A stretch of 64,000 nt of DNA from a virus (Duplodnaviria > Caudoviricetes). Positions 19,810-30,387 of this stretch are shown piece after piece. The translations under genes were made by a program, and so were the position numbers. Numbering within the stretch: position 1 is the first letter of the stretch; each line of letters starts with the position of its first letter. The notes below the pieces were generated by a model that was not told where the DNA came from, did not search any database, and saw nothing but the letters and a program-made list of their open reading frames with translations. The stretch lies in IMG/VR virus record IMGVR_UViG_3300027628_000010, positions 1 to 64,000 of that record, one strand, 5' to 3'.

Positions 19810-21582
19810 ATGAAAATTGTTATTGGGACAATGTATACCACTCTAGACTTTGAAGGGAATACACTACTCAGAGAAAAGATTCAGGATATGGCTCACCATG
19901 CATTAGGAATTAAAGAAGAAGGTGCTTTTTATTCAAGAGCATACAAGTCAGGCTTTTGGGATGGCATTACAGATTTTTATGACATGAAAGAAGATAAATT
20001 CCATACAGGCTTACTTGATCAGTTCCTAGAGGGACTACGACTGCTTATGGAAAAAGATAAATCATTTACATATGAAATCGTGGATTCAAGACCTAACCCA
20101 CCTGTCCACCATGACGCAATTGACGAAAAGATTGTATTAGGAAATGGAGATGCAGACCCTATTACATTGCATGATTATCAGTACGAGTCAGTTAAAAGCG
20201 TATTTGAACAACAGGTAGGAATTGTAAACGTAGCAACAAACGGAGGGAAAACAGAAATTGCCTCTGGAGTCATCCAACAGATTTTACCGTATATCAAACG
20301 TGGAGAGCGTATTGCATTCTTTACCCACTCTCGAGAAATTTTTGGACAATCTGCTGAGCGTATTGCCAAGCGTGTAGGATTAAAATTACGTGACGTTGGA
20401 TTCGTAGGAGACGGTAAATTCGATATTAAAAATAAAAAGATCGTATTCGTTATGGTTCCTACACTTGTATCTGCATTGAAGGACCCGAAGAAGGGAATTA
20501 AGTTTACACCAAACGAAACGGTTATTAAGCTGATTGCTGAAGAGATTACACCGAAGTTTAGAAATACAGTTAATACTCGCAAGCTCATTCAGAATTATTT
20601 GAAGAATCGAATTTGGAAGACAAAAGCGGAACTGTCTGCTGAAGAGCAATTAATGTATGTGGCTTACGATAAGAAATTTACGGACAAGTCGGCGCAGATG
20701 CATTTAAACAAGTACGTGGTCGAGTTTAATAAAATCATGGAGAAGAAGAATAAAAAGAAATTCCAAAAGTACAACGAGACAAAAGAGTTTCTTGACTCTA
20801 TCAAAGTAATGATTGCCGATGAGGTCCACCATTCCAAGGCGGATACGTGGTATACATCGTTATCCATGTGTGAAAATGCTATTTACCGTGTAGGTTTAAC
20901 AGGTACGGTAGACAAAAAGGACAAGATGGGCTGGCAGCGACTACAGGCTTTGTTTAGTCAAATTACAGTTAAGGTATCCAACGAATACCTAATCGACAAA
21001 GGTATCTCATCTAAACCGACAATTCGTCTGGTTCCCGTTCAGGAGCCACGTAATTTAGAATTGGCTAGCAATTTCATGGAGGCATATAAAGCCGGAATCG
21101 TAGAAAACGAGTATCGTAATAAGTTGATTACAGACTTAGTAGAGTCATATCGAAAACGTAGACCGGGTGGAGTACTTGTTAGTGTAAAAGAGATTGCACA
21201 CGGAGACGCTATCCTAGAAATGATTCGTGCTAGAGGGCTTGAAGCAGAATTTATTCACGGCGGCTCAGATGCAGACCACCGATCTACACAGCTTGAACGA
21301 TTCTCTAAAAGTGAGCTACCGATTTTAATTGCGTCAACAATTGTGGACGAAGGGGTAGACATGAAATCAATTGGCTGTATGGTACTAGGTGCAGGTGGAA
21401 AATCAATGCGCCAACAGTTACAGCGTATCGGTCGTGGGCTTCGACTAAACGGAATCGATGGGAACAGCGTAATGGTATTTGACTTCTGGGATGCTACGAA
21501 CAAATACCTGTTGAATCATTCGAAAGAGCGATTAAAACTATTCCGTGAAGAAAAATTTGACGTAAAGGTGCTTGGGAAATAA
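19810..21582 (+). CDS. Superfamily 2 DNA helicase
   Basis: ATNGGKT (motif I), ADEVHH (II), TGT (III), QRIGRGLR (VI). Confidence 0.92.
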   Translation: MKIVIGTMYTTLDFEGNTLLREKIQDMAHHALGIKEEGAFYSRAYKSGFWDGITDFYDMKEDKFHTGLLDQFLEGLRLLMEKDKSFTYEIVDSRPNPPVHHDAIDEKIVLGNGDADPITLHDYQYESVKSVFEQQVGIVNVATNGGKTEIASGVIQQILPYIKRGERIAFFTHSREIFGQSAERIAKRVGLKLRDVGFVGDGKFDIKNKKIVFVMVPTLVSALKDPKKGIKFTPNETVIKLIAEEITPKFRNTVNTRKLIQNYLKNRIWKTKAELSAEEQLMYVAYDKKFTDKSAQMHLNKYVVEFNKIMEKKNKKKFQKYNETKEFLDSIKVMIADEVHHSKADTWYTSLSMCENAIYRVGLTGTVDKKDKMGWQRLQALFSQITVKVSNEYLIDKGISSKPTIRLVPVQEPRNLELASNFMEAYKAGIVENEYRNKLITDLVESYRKRRPGGVLVSVKEIAHGDAILEMIRARGLEAEFIHGGSDADHRSTQLERFSKSELPILIASTIVDEGVDMKSIGCMVLGAGGKSMRQQLQRIGRGLRLNGIDGNSVMVFDFWDATNKYLLNHSKERLKLFREEKFDVKVLGK

Positions 21583-21770
21583 TGGAAAATAAAAGATCGT
21601 TTGAGAAAATGGTAGATGACTCTATTAAAGCTTTCCAACGGATAGACTTTATCTGTAGGAGAGCTCATACTCACGGTGTAGATATGGACGATATACGGGA
21701 AATCGAAGAGCAAGTAGATAAGGCAATGGGTACCGATAGACATGCAGGAAGAAAAGCAAGGAAAAAATAA
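21582..21770 (+). CDS. Hypothetical protein
   Basis: 62 aa, stop/start overlap. Confidence 0.6.
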   Translation: MENKRSFEKMVDDSIKAFQRIDFICRRAHTHGVDMDDIREIEEQVDKAMGTDRHAGRKARKK

Positions 21771-21836
21771 TTATTGTATATTGTACAGTTTGTGTTATAA
21801 TGTAATCAAACCTATATCAAGAGGAGGAACAGATGT

Positions 21837-23504
21837 ATGGAATACGGTGTGTATTTAGAAACATCTGTTGTCAATTTAAAGCCTAATGTTTTATCCTTCT
21901 TAACCAAAATGGTTGAAAAGGCTAAAGAGGTAAAAGACTTCGCTATCGCTTTCAAAAAGAAAGAGCTAGCAGACTTGGGCGGAAAAGACAGCAGAACAAT
22001 TTCACGTTACTTGAATGAACTAGAAGAAAAGAACATTATCCAAACGAAAGGTGTTCGAGGTCGTTCAGGGGGAACCGTGATTATGTTCAATACTGATTTA
22101 ATTCGGTTTGACACTTCGGACAAAGCATTAATCAACTCCGATGAACCTATCAGTATTGACGATGTAGTTGAAAAGAAATTACCTAAGAAGAAAAAAGAGC
22201 AGAAGAAACCAACTCGTAACAGACGTACGAAAGTACAGATGATGGAGGAGAAGCTGCTTAAAGGTGAACAGCAATCGAAGAATGATGAAATGAATCGTCA
22301 ACTTAAGGAATTAAGCGGAGTACCTAACTGGGAATGGTTTAAGCAAACGGATAATCCGGTAGGAAACTATCGTACATATTTACTATCCCGTCTGTATAAT
22401 AGATACGCAGTTTTATTTACAGACCGACATAATGCAGAAGCAGAGTACTTCGGAGAAGGTTCGAAAGTTAAGCCTGTAACGAATGACTACGATACACTAC
22501 CAGCCGATTTCTACGGCTCTTCTAAATGGGCGCACTTCGAGAAGTTCCGCAACTTCTGTGAAGAGAATGAAATTGACCCAGCAGTATACCTTTCTTCACA
22601 ATTCTCACGCTCTGTATTTACAGCAGCAGGTAAAAGCGATAAGAAGAAACTTCCGTTTGTAAATGCTTTAATTAGCGACTCAGCTTATGAAGTGTACAAA
22701 CAGTACTGCGCTTATCAAGTGAAGGCAAGTGTAACATATAAATCATATCAACAAATTCCTAAACAGTTTGCAGATGACTTCGTAGTAAGAGCGATCGAAG
22801 ATGCTTACGAAACAGCTAATGTTGGGGTAGGCTTGCTACAGTACCGACACGCTATTGAAGACTTCCTAAGTGGATTTGGTGCTACAGAAAAAGAAGAGCA
22901 CCTATTAAACTTCTACCGTCACACAGAAGATAAGCTGATTCAAAAAGGCGTATCGTTAAAGACAAGAGATACAATCAAGAAATTTGTATTGTTACAGTCA
23001 ATGATTTTAACAGGTGGAGTTACATCTTTACCGGGCTACTTCATTTTAGGCTCTGAACATACGCAAGTTGTTTTAGCCTCAATCGCTAAGCTTGGTAATT
23101 CAGTTCAAGATGTAAATGCGTTACAGAAGATAGCACTAGGAATGTTTGTATCGCCTAATGCAGATAGAGATACACAAGTCAAAGAAGGCGCAAAATACAT
23201 GTATCAACTTGAAGTACTTGACGAAACAAGACAAGTATTGAATCTGATCATGGAACGTAAAGGCTTACATTTAACGCTAGCTGATTTGAACGAAGCTTTC
23301 CGTGAGTACGGTAAAGAAAATATTCCATTAGATGACTACTCTATTATGGATATTGACCAAGTGATCTCTTTTATGGAAAAGCAACAGGAGATCGCAGAGC
23401 AGGTAGAAATCGATCACAAAGATATTACTACAACAAAGAATTACAACATCTCTGGAGAAGTTTCTACGGAAGCTTCTCGGGAGGATATGCTTAGTGAATT
23501 GTAG
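21837..23504 (+). CDS. Rep-like / winged-helix DNA-binding replication protein
   Basis: KKELADLGGKDSRTISRYLNELEEKNII HTH; conserved position between the two helicases. Confidence 0.65.
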   Translation: MEYGVYLETSVVNLKPNVLSFLTKMVEKAKEVKDFAIAFKKKELADLGGKDSRTISRYLNELEEKNIIQTKGVRGRSGGTVIMFNTDLIRFDTSDKALINSDEPISIDDVVEKKLPKKKKEQKKPTRNRRTKVQMMEEKLLKGEQQSKNDEMNRQLKELSGVPNWEWFKQTDNPVGNYRTYLLSRLYNRYAVLFTDRHNAEAEYFGEGSKVKPVTNDYDTLPADFYGSSKWAHFEKFRNFCEENEIDPAVYLSSQFSRSVFTAAGKSDKKKLPFVNALISDSAYEVYKQYCAYQVKASVTYKSYQQIPKQFADDFVVRAIEDAYETANVGVGLLQYRHAIEDFLSGFGATEKEEHLLNFYRHTEDKLIQKGVSLKTRDTIKKFVLLQSMILTGGVTSLPGYFILGSEHTQVVLASIAKLGNSVQDVNALQKIALGMFVSPNADRDTQVKEGAKYMYQLEVLDETRQVLNLIMERKGLHLTLADLNEAFREYGKENIPLDDYSIMDIDQVISFMEKQQEIAEQVEIDHKDITTTKNYNISGEVSTEASREDMLSEL

Positions 23505-23533
23505 AGCCTAATCATTAAATATGATACAGGCTC

Positions 23534-23562
23534 TTTACAAGCTGAGTTATACATGCTATACT
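23534..23562 (+). promoter_or_regulatory. SigA-like promoter
   Basis: TTTACA-N17-TATACT with TG extension. Confidence 0.6.
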
Positions 23563-23597
23563 TGTCAATGAAAATGTTACAAGGGAGGAAAAAATAA

Positions 23598-25067
23598 ATG
23601 TCAGTAAGCCCAATTCAACAACAGATTTTAAGAAAAGCAATCGAGTCAACTTATTTCTCGAAAGACATCTTACCAAAAGTGCCGCTAACGGTATTTGACG
23701 GTAATGATATTTACAAAGATTTATCGAATATGATTAAGCGGTATTATCAGTCTAATAGAAACATATTGACTGAAGATGCACTCCTTACACTTGCAGAAGA
23801 GAAATTAGACCGCATGAACAAGGACCCGGAAACACAGCAACGTTACTTCAGCGCAATCAATGAACTTTATGAAGTACGTGACAGCTCCAATGATGAAGTT
23901 ATCGATGAGAAGATCGAAAATTACATAAGGAAATACATGAATCTTGAGCTGGTTAAAAAAGCGGCTGTCAACTTAGAAAATGCTGCGGTAATGGATAAGC
24001 TCCACGAAGACTTCCGAGAAGTTATGATGCTAGACATTAGCGGAAGGCATCAAGAGATTATTAACGTACTAGATGATACAGAGTATAAAAGGCAGGCGTT
24101 ATCAACAATCTATGCCAATACAATTCCAACTGGTTTTAAATCCATTGACTATTTAAATGGCGGAGGATTAGCTAAAGGAGAGCTTGGTATTGTCGTAGCC
24201 GCTTCAGGTACTGGTAAAACATTAGTACTGACCAACCTAGCTACAAACTATACATGGGGTAAATATAACGTACTGTTTATCGCCCTAGAGGAATTAGAGA
24301 ATCGTATGATTCTAAAGTTTGAGCAAGCAATGTTACGCCGTAATAAAAGTGAAATTCTTACAGGTGCTGCTTTGAACGAAACTAACTTTGACAAGTACCA
24401 AAACTTCTATAAACAGAAACGTGATCAATTCGGTAACCTATACTTTGCTCGATACTCTCCACGAACAGTAACGCCAGCCAAGATTGAGCAACTTATCTCG
24501 GACGTTAAAATCAGACAAGGTATTATAATTGACGTAGTTATTATTGATTACCCGGAATTACTCCGTAACCCGTACGCAACAGGAAATGAGGCGGACGATG
24601 GCGGTAAGCTATTTGAAGAAATGCGTAGAATCGGACAGGATTATAATGTAGTTATGTGGACAGCCGCTCAGATGAATCGTACAGCATATAGCGCACAGAT
24701 TCGAACATCCGAACATATGGAAGGGTCTCACCGTAAGAAGAATGCCGCAGAGCTTGTACTTACAGTCAACCAAACACCTGAAGAATTTAAAGCCGGGTAC
24801 GTTCGTCTATTTGCGGATAAACTTCGTAACCCACCTGAAGGCTCTTTTGATAGAATGATTGGTTTAAAGGTTGTAGGTAGTGCTCAAACTGTCCGGGATT
24901 ACCGAACAGATGAAGAAAAGCGTGAACATGAGGCAATCGTAGAGGCGGCAGATAGCGCTAGTGAAATGGCTTTTAAAGGTAAGCGTAGAGAAAAGAATGG
25001 AGCTCCACCTCCTGATTATGTGAATGAAATCAATGCTTCCATTCAGAGAACGAGAGGAGAAGGCTAA
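23598..25067 (+). CDS. DnaB-like replicative helicase
   Basis: GGGLAKGELGIVVAASGTGKT; VVIIDYPELL; WTAAQMNR. Confidence 0.9.
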   Translation: MSVSPIQQQILRKAIESTYFSKDILPKVPLTVFDGNDIYKDLSNMIKRYYQSNRNILTEDALLTLAEEKLDRMNKDPETQQRYFSAINELYEVRDSSNDEVIDEKIENYIRKYMNLELVKKAAVNLENAAVMDKLHEDFREVMMLDISGRHQEIINVLDDTEYKRQALSTIYANTIPTGFKSIDYLNGGGLAKGELGIVVAASGTGKTLVLTNLATNYTWGKYNVLFIALEELENRMILKFEQAMLRRNKSEILTGAALNETNFDKYQNFYKQKRDQFGNLYFARYSPRTVTPAKIEQLISDVKIRQGIIIDVVIIDYPELLRNPYATGNEADDGGKLFEEMRRIGQDYNVVMWTAAQMNRTAYSAQIRTSEHMEGSHRKKNAAELVLTVNQTPEEFKAGYVRLFADKLRNPPEGSFDRMIGLKVVGSAQTVRDYRTDEEKREHEAIVEAADSASEMAFKGKRREKNGAPPPDYVNEINASIQRTRGEG

Positions 25068-25345
25068 TGAGGATACCTGAAAAATCTGCACTTGTTAAAA
25101 AGGCAGAAAAGTTTGTTAATGAACTAGTCGAAATCATTTATGACGTAACGGGTAAACGATTAGAAAAAGTTAAGGTAACTAAAGAGGAGTTTGCTGCAAT
25201 AGAGGAATACTCACGGCAAATGTATTATGCTCGAGGAGTAGATCGTGATGCACTTATGGAGAGCCTTGGTAGTGGGTACCAAATGAAATATGAAATCGTA
25301 ACAGCTTACGGTTGTGTAAGAGTAGAAGCGGAGGAAACTAAATGA
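25067..25345 (+). CDS. Hypothetical protein
   Basis: 92 aa, translationally coupled. Confidence 0.6.
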   Translation: MRIPEKSALVKKAEKFVNELVEIIYDVTGKRLEKVKVTKEEFAAIEEYSRQMYYARGVDRDALMESLGSGYQMKYEIVTAYGCVRVEAEETK

Positions 25346-26397
25346 GTAAACTTGTAGTATTTAGTGACTTTCATGCACATATATTTGAAGACTTTGCTAA
25401 GCCGGACCCAGAGTATGTAAATGATCGTTTCCGGGCTCAGATAGCAACATTGTACCAAGTATTTGATATTGCTAGACAACATGGAGCTAGAGTCCTTTTT
25501 ACAGGTGATTTGTTTCATAAACGAGCAAAGATTGACGATATTGTATTCAATACAGTATATGATGTATTTGCAGAAAATGAAGACGTTCCTGTATACATGG
25601 TCCGAGGTAACCATGATGCTCGTACAAATGCAACAGTTACAGAGCATTGGTTAAAAACATTTAGACACTTGAAACATGTCACAGTTATTGATACTCCTGA
25701 GGGAGTGTACGTACCAGATGAAGACGGAGACTATTTCATTTATGGCATTCCATACTCAGATGATACAGAGTACCTTAAGCAGAAGATCGTAGAATTTAAG
25801 CAGCATTGTGAGAGCCAAGACATTCCCGGAGTACTAGCTGCCCATATCGGAGTAGACGGAAGTGAAACGGGTCGTTATAGTCACAGACTAGAAGGCGCAT
25901 TTAAGGTAGGGGACTTATTCCCGGATGTATTTACTTATGTAGCACTAGGGCATTACCATAAGCGACAATTCCTAGCCGGTCTATTAAACACGTTCTATAC
26001 AGGGAATACGATTCAAACTAGCTTCTCAGATGAAGGGCAGGACAAAGGTGTTATGCTAATCGACTTTGAGAAAGGCGGACAGCCTGAGTTTATCCCAATC
26101 CTAAATAAGAAGTTTATTACATTAACAGAAGTGAATAAAGATACACAGCAGCTAGTCGATAATAACTACGTACGATTCGTTGTATCGAAAGATGTAGCGC
26201 AGGAGATTGAAGTGTTTAAGGAGGAGTCAGATAATATTCGTGTCGAAGTACAAAAAGAATATAAAACAGATACTCGTATCGCAATTGATATGGACTCTTC
26301 AGAGAAGCAGATCGTAGAGGCATATGCAAACGAGTACTACCCTGATTCTACTTCTATTGCATTAGACATTCTCCAAGAGGCACTAGCAGCAAGTTAG
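25342..26397 (+). CDS. Recombination nuclease, SbcD/Mre11-like subunit
   Basis: SDFH, GDLFH, GNHD, AH, LGHYH motifs. Confidence 0.9.
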   Translation: MSKLVVFSDFHAHIFEDFAKPDPEYVNDRFRAQIATLYQVFDIARQHGARVLFTGDLFHKRAKIDDIVFNTVYDVFAENEDVPVYMVRGNHDARTNATVTEHWLKTFRHLKHVTVIDTPEGVYVPDEDGDYFIYGIPYSDDTEYLKQKIVEFKQHCESQDIPGVLAAHIGVDGSETGRYSHRLEGAFKVGDLFPDVFTYVALGHYHKRQFLAGLLNTFYTGNTIQTSFSDEGQDKGVMLIDFEKGGQPEFIPILNKKFITLTEVNKDTQQLVDNNYVRFVVSKDVAQEIEVFKEESDNIRVEVQKEYKTDTRIAIDMDSSEKQIVEAYANEYYPDSTSIALDILQEALAAS

Positions 26398-26402
26398 ACT
26401 GT

Positions 26403-26462
26403 AGGGTTGTTCATATGAACAACCTTTTTTGTGTTGACATATTATAGAGGGTCTGTTATACT
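26403..26462 (+). promoter_or_regulatory. Terminator hairpin followed by SigA-like promoter
   Basis: GGTTGTTC-ATAT-GAACAACC-TTTTTT; TTGACA(26434)-N17-TATACT. Confidence 0.75.
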
Positions 26463-26503
26463 ATGGTTACAGACAAATAATAACAAGGAGGTCAAGAAAC
26501 TAA

Positions 26504-28420
26504 ATGAAAAACAAAGGTTTAGAATGGCTCAGATTAACAGTAACTAACTTTCTCTCCTATCAGTATTTTACACTAGACCTCGAAGATAGAGGCATTATAC
26601 TTGTAGAGGGGGACAATCTCACAAGCAGTAAATTTAAAAGTAACGGCTCTGGTAAGAGTTCATTAATGGAGCCGCTTGTATACGCTATCTACGATACTAC
26701 GTCAAAAGGTATTAAAGCAGATAAAGTAGTTAATAGACAAGCAGGGAAAAACACATCGGTCATTTTAGAAGGACGTAAAGGTGAAGACAAATATCGAATA
26801 GAGCGATACCGTAAGCACACCAAAAATAAGAACAAGGTTAAGTTCTTCATTAATGACAAAGAGGTTACAGCTAAATCAGTAGCCGATACAAACAAGATGA
26901 TTGAAGACCTAGTGGGGATTGACTACAACACCTTTGTTAACAGTATCATGTTTTCACAGGGTAGTGGTGCTGGACGCTTTGCAATTGCAACAGATAAAGA
27001 GAAGAAAGAAATCCTAGAAAATCTAGTAAACTTGCAGGTCTACGCAAATGCTCAAGAGATTGCTAAGAATAGAGTAAAAGCTAAAGAGGCAGAAATCTTA
27101 GCTAAAGAGCGTGAAGGTGAACGACTCGAGTGGGAGCTCTCACAGGTAGATACATTAGAGCAGCAAGATAAACAACATTATGATAATACAAAACGAATGA
27201 TAGAGCAAGAGCAGCTTAACTTGTCTAATACTCGAGAAGAAATGGACAACTACATACAAAGTAATTCAGCAGCTCTTTTACAGCTAATTGATGAGGTATC
27301 AAAGCTTAAGGAACAAAGAGAAACGCTTAATACATCAAAACCTAATCCGTATGCAGATGCGGTTAACACGCTAACTAAAGTAATCAATGATATTAGAGCT
27401 AAGAAACAGCAGCTAGAGTATCAAAAAGGGGAGCTGGTTAAGAAGTTCCAACAGCTTAAGACAAATACAAACTGTCCGATCTGTGGTAACGAACTTGATT
27501 CTACTCACCGAGATACAGAGATGACAAGCATTAGGGAACAGCTTAAACCTATCTTAGTTGAGCTAACTCAAACTATACCGGGAGAACTTGCTCACCATGA
27601 ACCAGCTTATGAAGAAGCTTATACACGTTACTCAGAAGAGAAAGCAAAGCAAGATAATATCGTAGCTGAGTATAGAGCCCTTACTTCTCAAATTGAAATG
27701 AAAGAGCAGCATCATCGTAGCTATAGTAAAAACCTAGACACATATAAAAGTAAGTTAGCTTCCATTCAGAATACGATTAACAAGCTTGAATCGGTCCCTG
27801 AGCCAGCTCCAAGAGATGCTGAAAGGAAAGCTATTAAAGATAAAGTAAAAGCCCAGAAAGAGGCTATACTGGCTTTAAAACAAGAGAAGTTACAGCTAGA
27901 AAATGCAGTGAAGATATTCTCCAATTCAGGAGTTAAATCTCATGTGCTCGACTTAGTAACTCCATTCTTAAATGAAAGAGCCAATAAATATTTAGCCATC
28001 TTATCAGGTCCAGACATGGAGGTTAAGTTCTCCACACAAACACCTAAGAAAGATGGAGAAATGACAGAAAAGTTTGACGTTCAATTAACGAATGCAGTTG
28101 GTGGAGAAGATTATCAGTCCAACTCAGAAGGTGAAAAGAAACGTGCAGACTTGTCAATCGCACTAGCATTACAGGACTTAGTAATGAAGAACGCTGATAG
28201 TAAAGTAAACTTTGCTGTATATGACGAAGTGTTTGACGCTTTAGATAGTGTAGGCGCAGAAAACGTAGTTACACTATTAAAAGAGAGACAAAAAGAGATC
28301 GGAACTATATTTGTTGTAACGCATTCAGAGCATTTAAAACCGCTATTTGAACAAGTAATTACCGTAACAAAAAATAAAGATGGGATATCCACTCTAGAAG
28401 AAGGAGAAAAAATGACATGA
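26504..28420 (+). CDS. Recombination ATPase, SbcC/Rad50-like subunit
   Basis: NGSGKS Walker A, CPIC zinc hook, SEGEK signature, YDEVFDALD Walker B, VVTH. Confidence 0.92.
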   Translation: MKNKGLEWLRLTVTNFLSYQYFTLDLEDRGIILVEGDNLTSSKFKSNGSGKSSLMEPLVYAIYDTTSKGIKADKVVNRQAGKNTSVILEGRKGEDKYRIERYRKHTKNKNKVKFFINDKEVTAKSVADTNKMIEDLVGIDYNTFVNSIMFSQGSGAGRFAIATDKEKKEILENLVNLQVYANAQEIAKNRVKAKEAEILAKEREGERLEWELSQVDTLEQQDKQHYDNTKRMIEQEQLNLSNTREEMDNYIQSNSAALLQLIDEVSKLKEQRETLNTSKPNPYADAVNTLTKVINDIRAKKQQLEYQKGELVKKFQQLKTNTNCPICGNELDSTHRDTEMTSIREQLKPILVELTQTIPGELAHHEPAYEEAYTRYSEEKAKQDNIVAEYRALTSQIEMKEQHHRSYSKNLDTYKSKLASIQNTINKLESVPEPAPRDAERKAIKDKVKAQKEAILALKQEKLQLENAVKIFSNSGVKSHVLDLVTPFLNERANKYLAILSGPDMEVKFSTQTPKKDGEMTEKFDVQLTNAVGGEDYQSNSEGEKKRADLSIALALQDLVMKNADSKVNFAVYDEVFDALDSVGAENVVTLLKERQKEIGTIFVVTHSEHLKPLFEQVITVTKNKDGISTLEEGEKMT

Positions 28421-29004
28421 AAACAATTATCGAAGAGGGAGCATTTGTCACACTAAAAGTAAAAACTACATCCAAAGGAATGAAGGAGATTAATCTACCA
28501 GCAGCTAATATTGAGCTATGGTACCCGTTCAACGTGAACTTTACATATCGATACACAGATGCTAAAGGCTATATGTACCTTGTAAAGGAAAGAGACTACA
28601 CAGGACCTAACGTTTATAACGTGGACATCCTTAAGAGAACTAAACAGCTTACAGAATTACGTGGAACACTGCTTCATCCAGCAGTAGCAGAAAGAAACGC
28701 ATACATCATTGGAAAAGCATTAGGATTAGGGATACCTACTATTGAACAGAAAGATTACACTCTAGAGGAAGTAGGGGAAGGCTTTAAGCGATTGGACCGC
28801 TTAATTAGTGTCGTGAAAGATGTAATCCAAGATCGTTACATCCGCAACTACCCTGAGACAACCTTTCCCCCGTCCATCCCTACTGAGGATTGGGACCGAG
28901 CGGTATACTTAGGAGCCACTGAAGTTGAGCTAACAGCTCTTCAGGAGTTTGGTGAAATGTACACAATGTTAACGCTTATGAGAAAAATTGCTGAAGGGAG
29001 ATAA
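28417..29004 (+). CDS. Conserved hypothetical protein (position of staphylococcal phage anti-sigma gp67)
   Basis: 195 aa between SbcC and primase; function inferred from synteny only. Confidence 0.45.
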   Translation: MKTIIEEGAFVTLKVKTTSKGMKEINLPAANIELWYPFNVNFTYRYTDAKGYMYLVKERDYTGPNVYNVDILKRTKQLTELRGTLLHPAVAERNAYIIGKALGLGIPTIEQKDYTLEEVGEGFKRLDRLISVVKDVIQDRYIRNYPETTFPPSIPTEDWDRAVYLGATEVELTALQEFGEMYTMLTLMRKIAEGR

Positions 29005-29009
29005 ATGAA

Positions 29010-30077
29010 ATGTTTCTAGACTTGTTACGAGAAGAGTTAGGAGCAGAAAAGTTAGCAGGAGCGCACACACGCTTCTGCTGTCCTTTTTGTGGAGAGAACA
29101 AATATAAATTCTACGTGCATAATACAAAAAGCTTGTGGATTTGTCAAAAGTGTAGGGTAAGAGGAAATGCTTTGTCCTTTACAAAGAAATATTATAATGC
29201 TCAATATGCTGAAGCAGTGGACATCCTTGCTACCTATGACCACGATGTAAACATAGATGGCGGCGGTGGTTATGACGATTCTACTTACTCCAAACATTTA
29301 ACAGAATCAGAAAAGCTACTATTATTTATTTCTCGTAAAGGTAAGCCGATTGAAGAGGATTCGAAAGTAAACTATAAATGCCCACCTACCCCAACAAACT
29401 GTAAAACATTAACCCAAAACTTTAATAACCCGGAGGCATTCCCCTTCTTTGCTTACTTACATAATCGAGGAATTACAATGGAGCAGATTCAGGAGCATAA
29501 CATTTCTTATGTAATTAATGGAGAAGTTGAATTGCTAGACGGTCGAAAGATGACATTAATAAATCACCTAGTCTTCTTTACATTTAATGATAAGCGCAAG
29601 CCGCTGTACTGGAATACACGTTCCATTGACCCGAACCCATATATCAAATCATTCAATGCACCGAGTAGAGAAGGGGAGTATTCAAAGAAGAATACGCTTT
29701 TTAATTTAAACAATGCAAACAATTCAGATCGAATTGTAGTTACAGAAGGTGTATTCGATGCTATGACTGTAGGACAAAGCGGAGTTGCTACTTTCGGTAA
29801 GATGATTACAGACCAACAAGTAGATGAACTATTACAGAAGACAAAGGATAATAACCTTCCTATCTATCTGTACCTAGATAAAGATGCATGGGAGTCAATG
29901 ATAGAGTCTGCTCGAAAAATAAAATCAAAAGATTCTAGTCGAGCAGTATACTTTGTAGCTAGTGGTAGCGACCAAGATGCCAACGAGCTCGGGACTGAAA
30001 AGGTTAATGAGCTTATTGATCAGGCATTCCCGGCAGATGCTGAAGGTGAATTGAAATTAAGTCTAATAAGTTTATAG
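29010..30077 (+). CDS. DNA primase
   Basis: CPFC...CQKC zinc finger; TOPRIM VTEGVFDA, YLDKDA, DANE. Confidence 0.92.
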   Translation: MFLDLLREELGAEKLAGAHTRFCCPFCGENKYKFYVHNTKSLWICQKCRVRGNALSFTKKYYNAQYAEAVDILATYDHDVNIDGGGGYDDSTYSKHLTESEKLLLFISRKGKPIEEDSKVNYKCPPTPTNCKTLTQNFNNPEAFPFFAYLHNRGITMEQIQEHNISYVINGEVELLDGRKMTLINHLVFFTFNDKRKPLYWNTRSIDPNPYIKSFNAPSREGEYSKKNTLFNLNNANNSDRIVVTEGVFDAMTVGQSGVATFGKMITDQQVDELLQKTKDNNLPIYLYLDKDAWESMIESARKIKSKDSSRAVYFVASGSDQDANELGTEKVNELIDQAFPADAEGELKLSLISL

Positions 30078-30084
30078 AAAAGGC

Positions 30085-30113
30085 TTGACTATATCAAGAC
30101 TGTATGATAGTAT
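30085..30113 (+). promoter_or_regulatory. SigA-like promoter
   Basis: TTGACT-N17-TAGTAT. Confidence 0.6.
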
Positions 30114-30147
30114 AGGATTATAGGAAATGAAAGGGAGGGAAAACAAT

Positions 30148-30387
30148 ATGTGGTTAGTAGTAGATGATACATGGAACGAAAATGTTATAAGAGAGTTTGA
30201 TGCAAAAGAAGAAGCAGAGGCTCATTACAAAGCAGTTAAAGGTGCTTCTGAGCTACGTCAAGCATCTATAAAAGGTGATGGATACCCTTATCACAGACCA
30301 GACTCAATTTATCTAACAGAAGTTAAACGAAAAGCATTTATTAAGTTCGATGACAAGGAGGAGACAAAATATAATGAAAGCAATTGA
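30148..30387 (+). CDS. Hypothetical protein
   Basis: ATG 30148 after GGGAGGG. Confidence 0.6.
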   Translation: MWLVVDDTWNENVIREFDAKEEAEAHYKAVKGASELRQASIKGDGYPYHRPDSIYLTEVKRKAFIKFDDKEETKYNESN

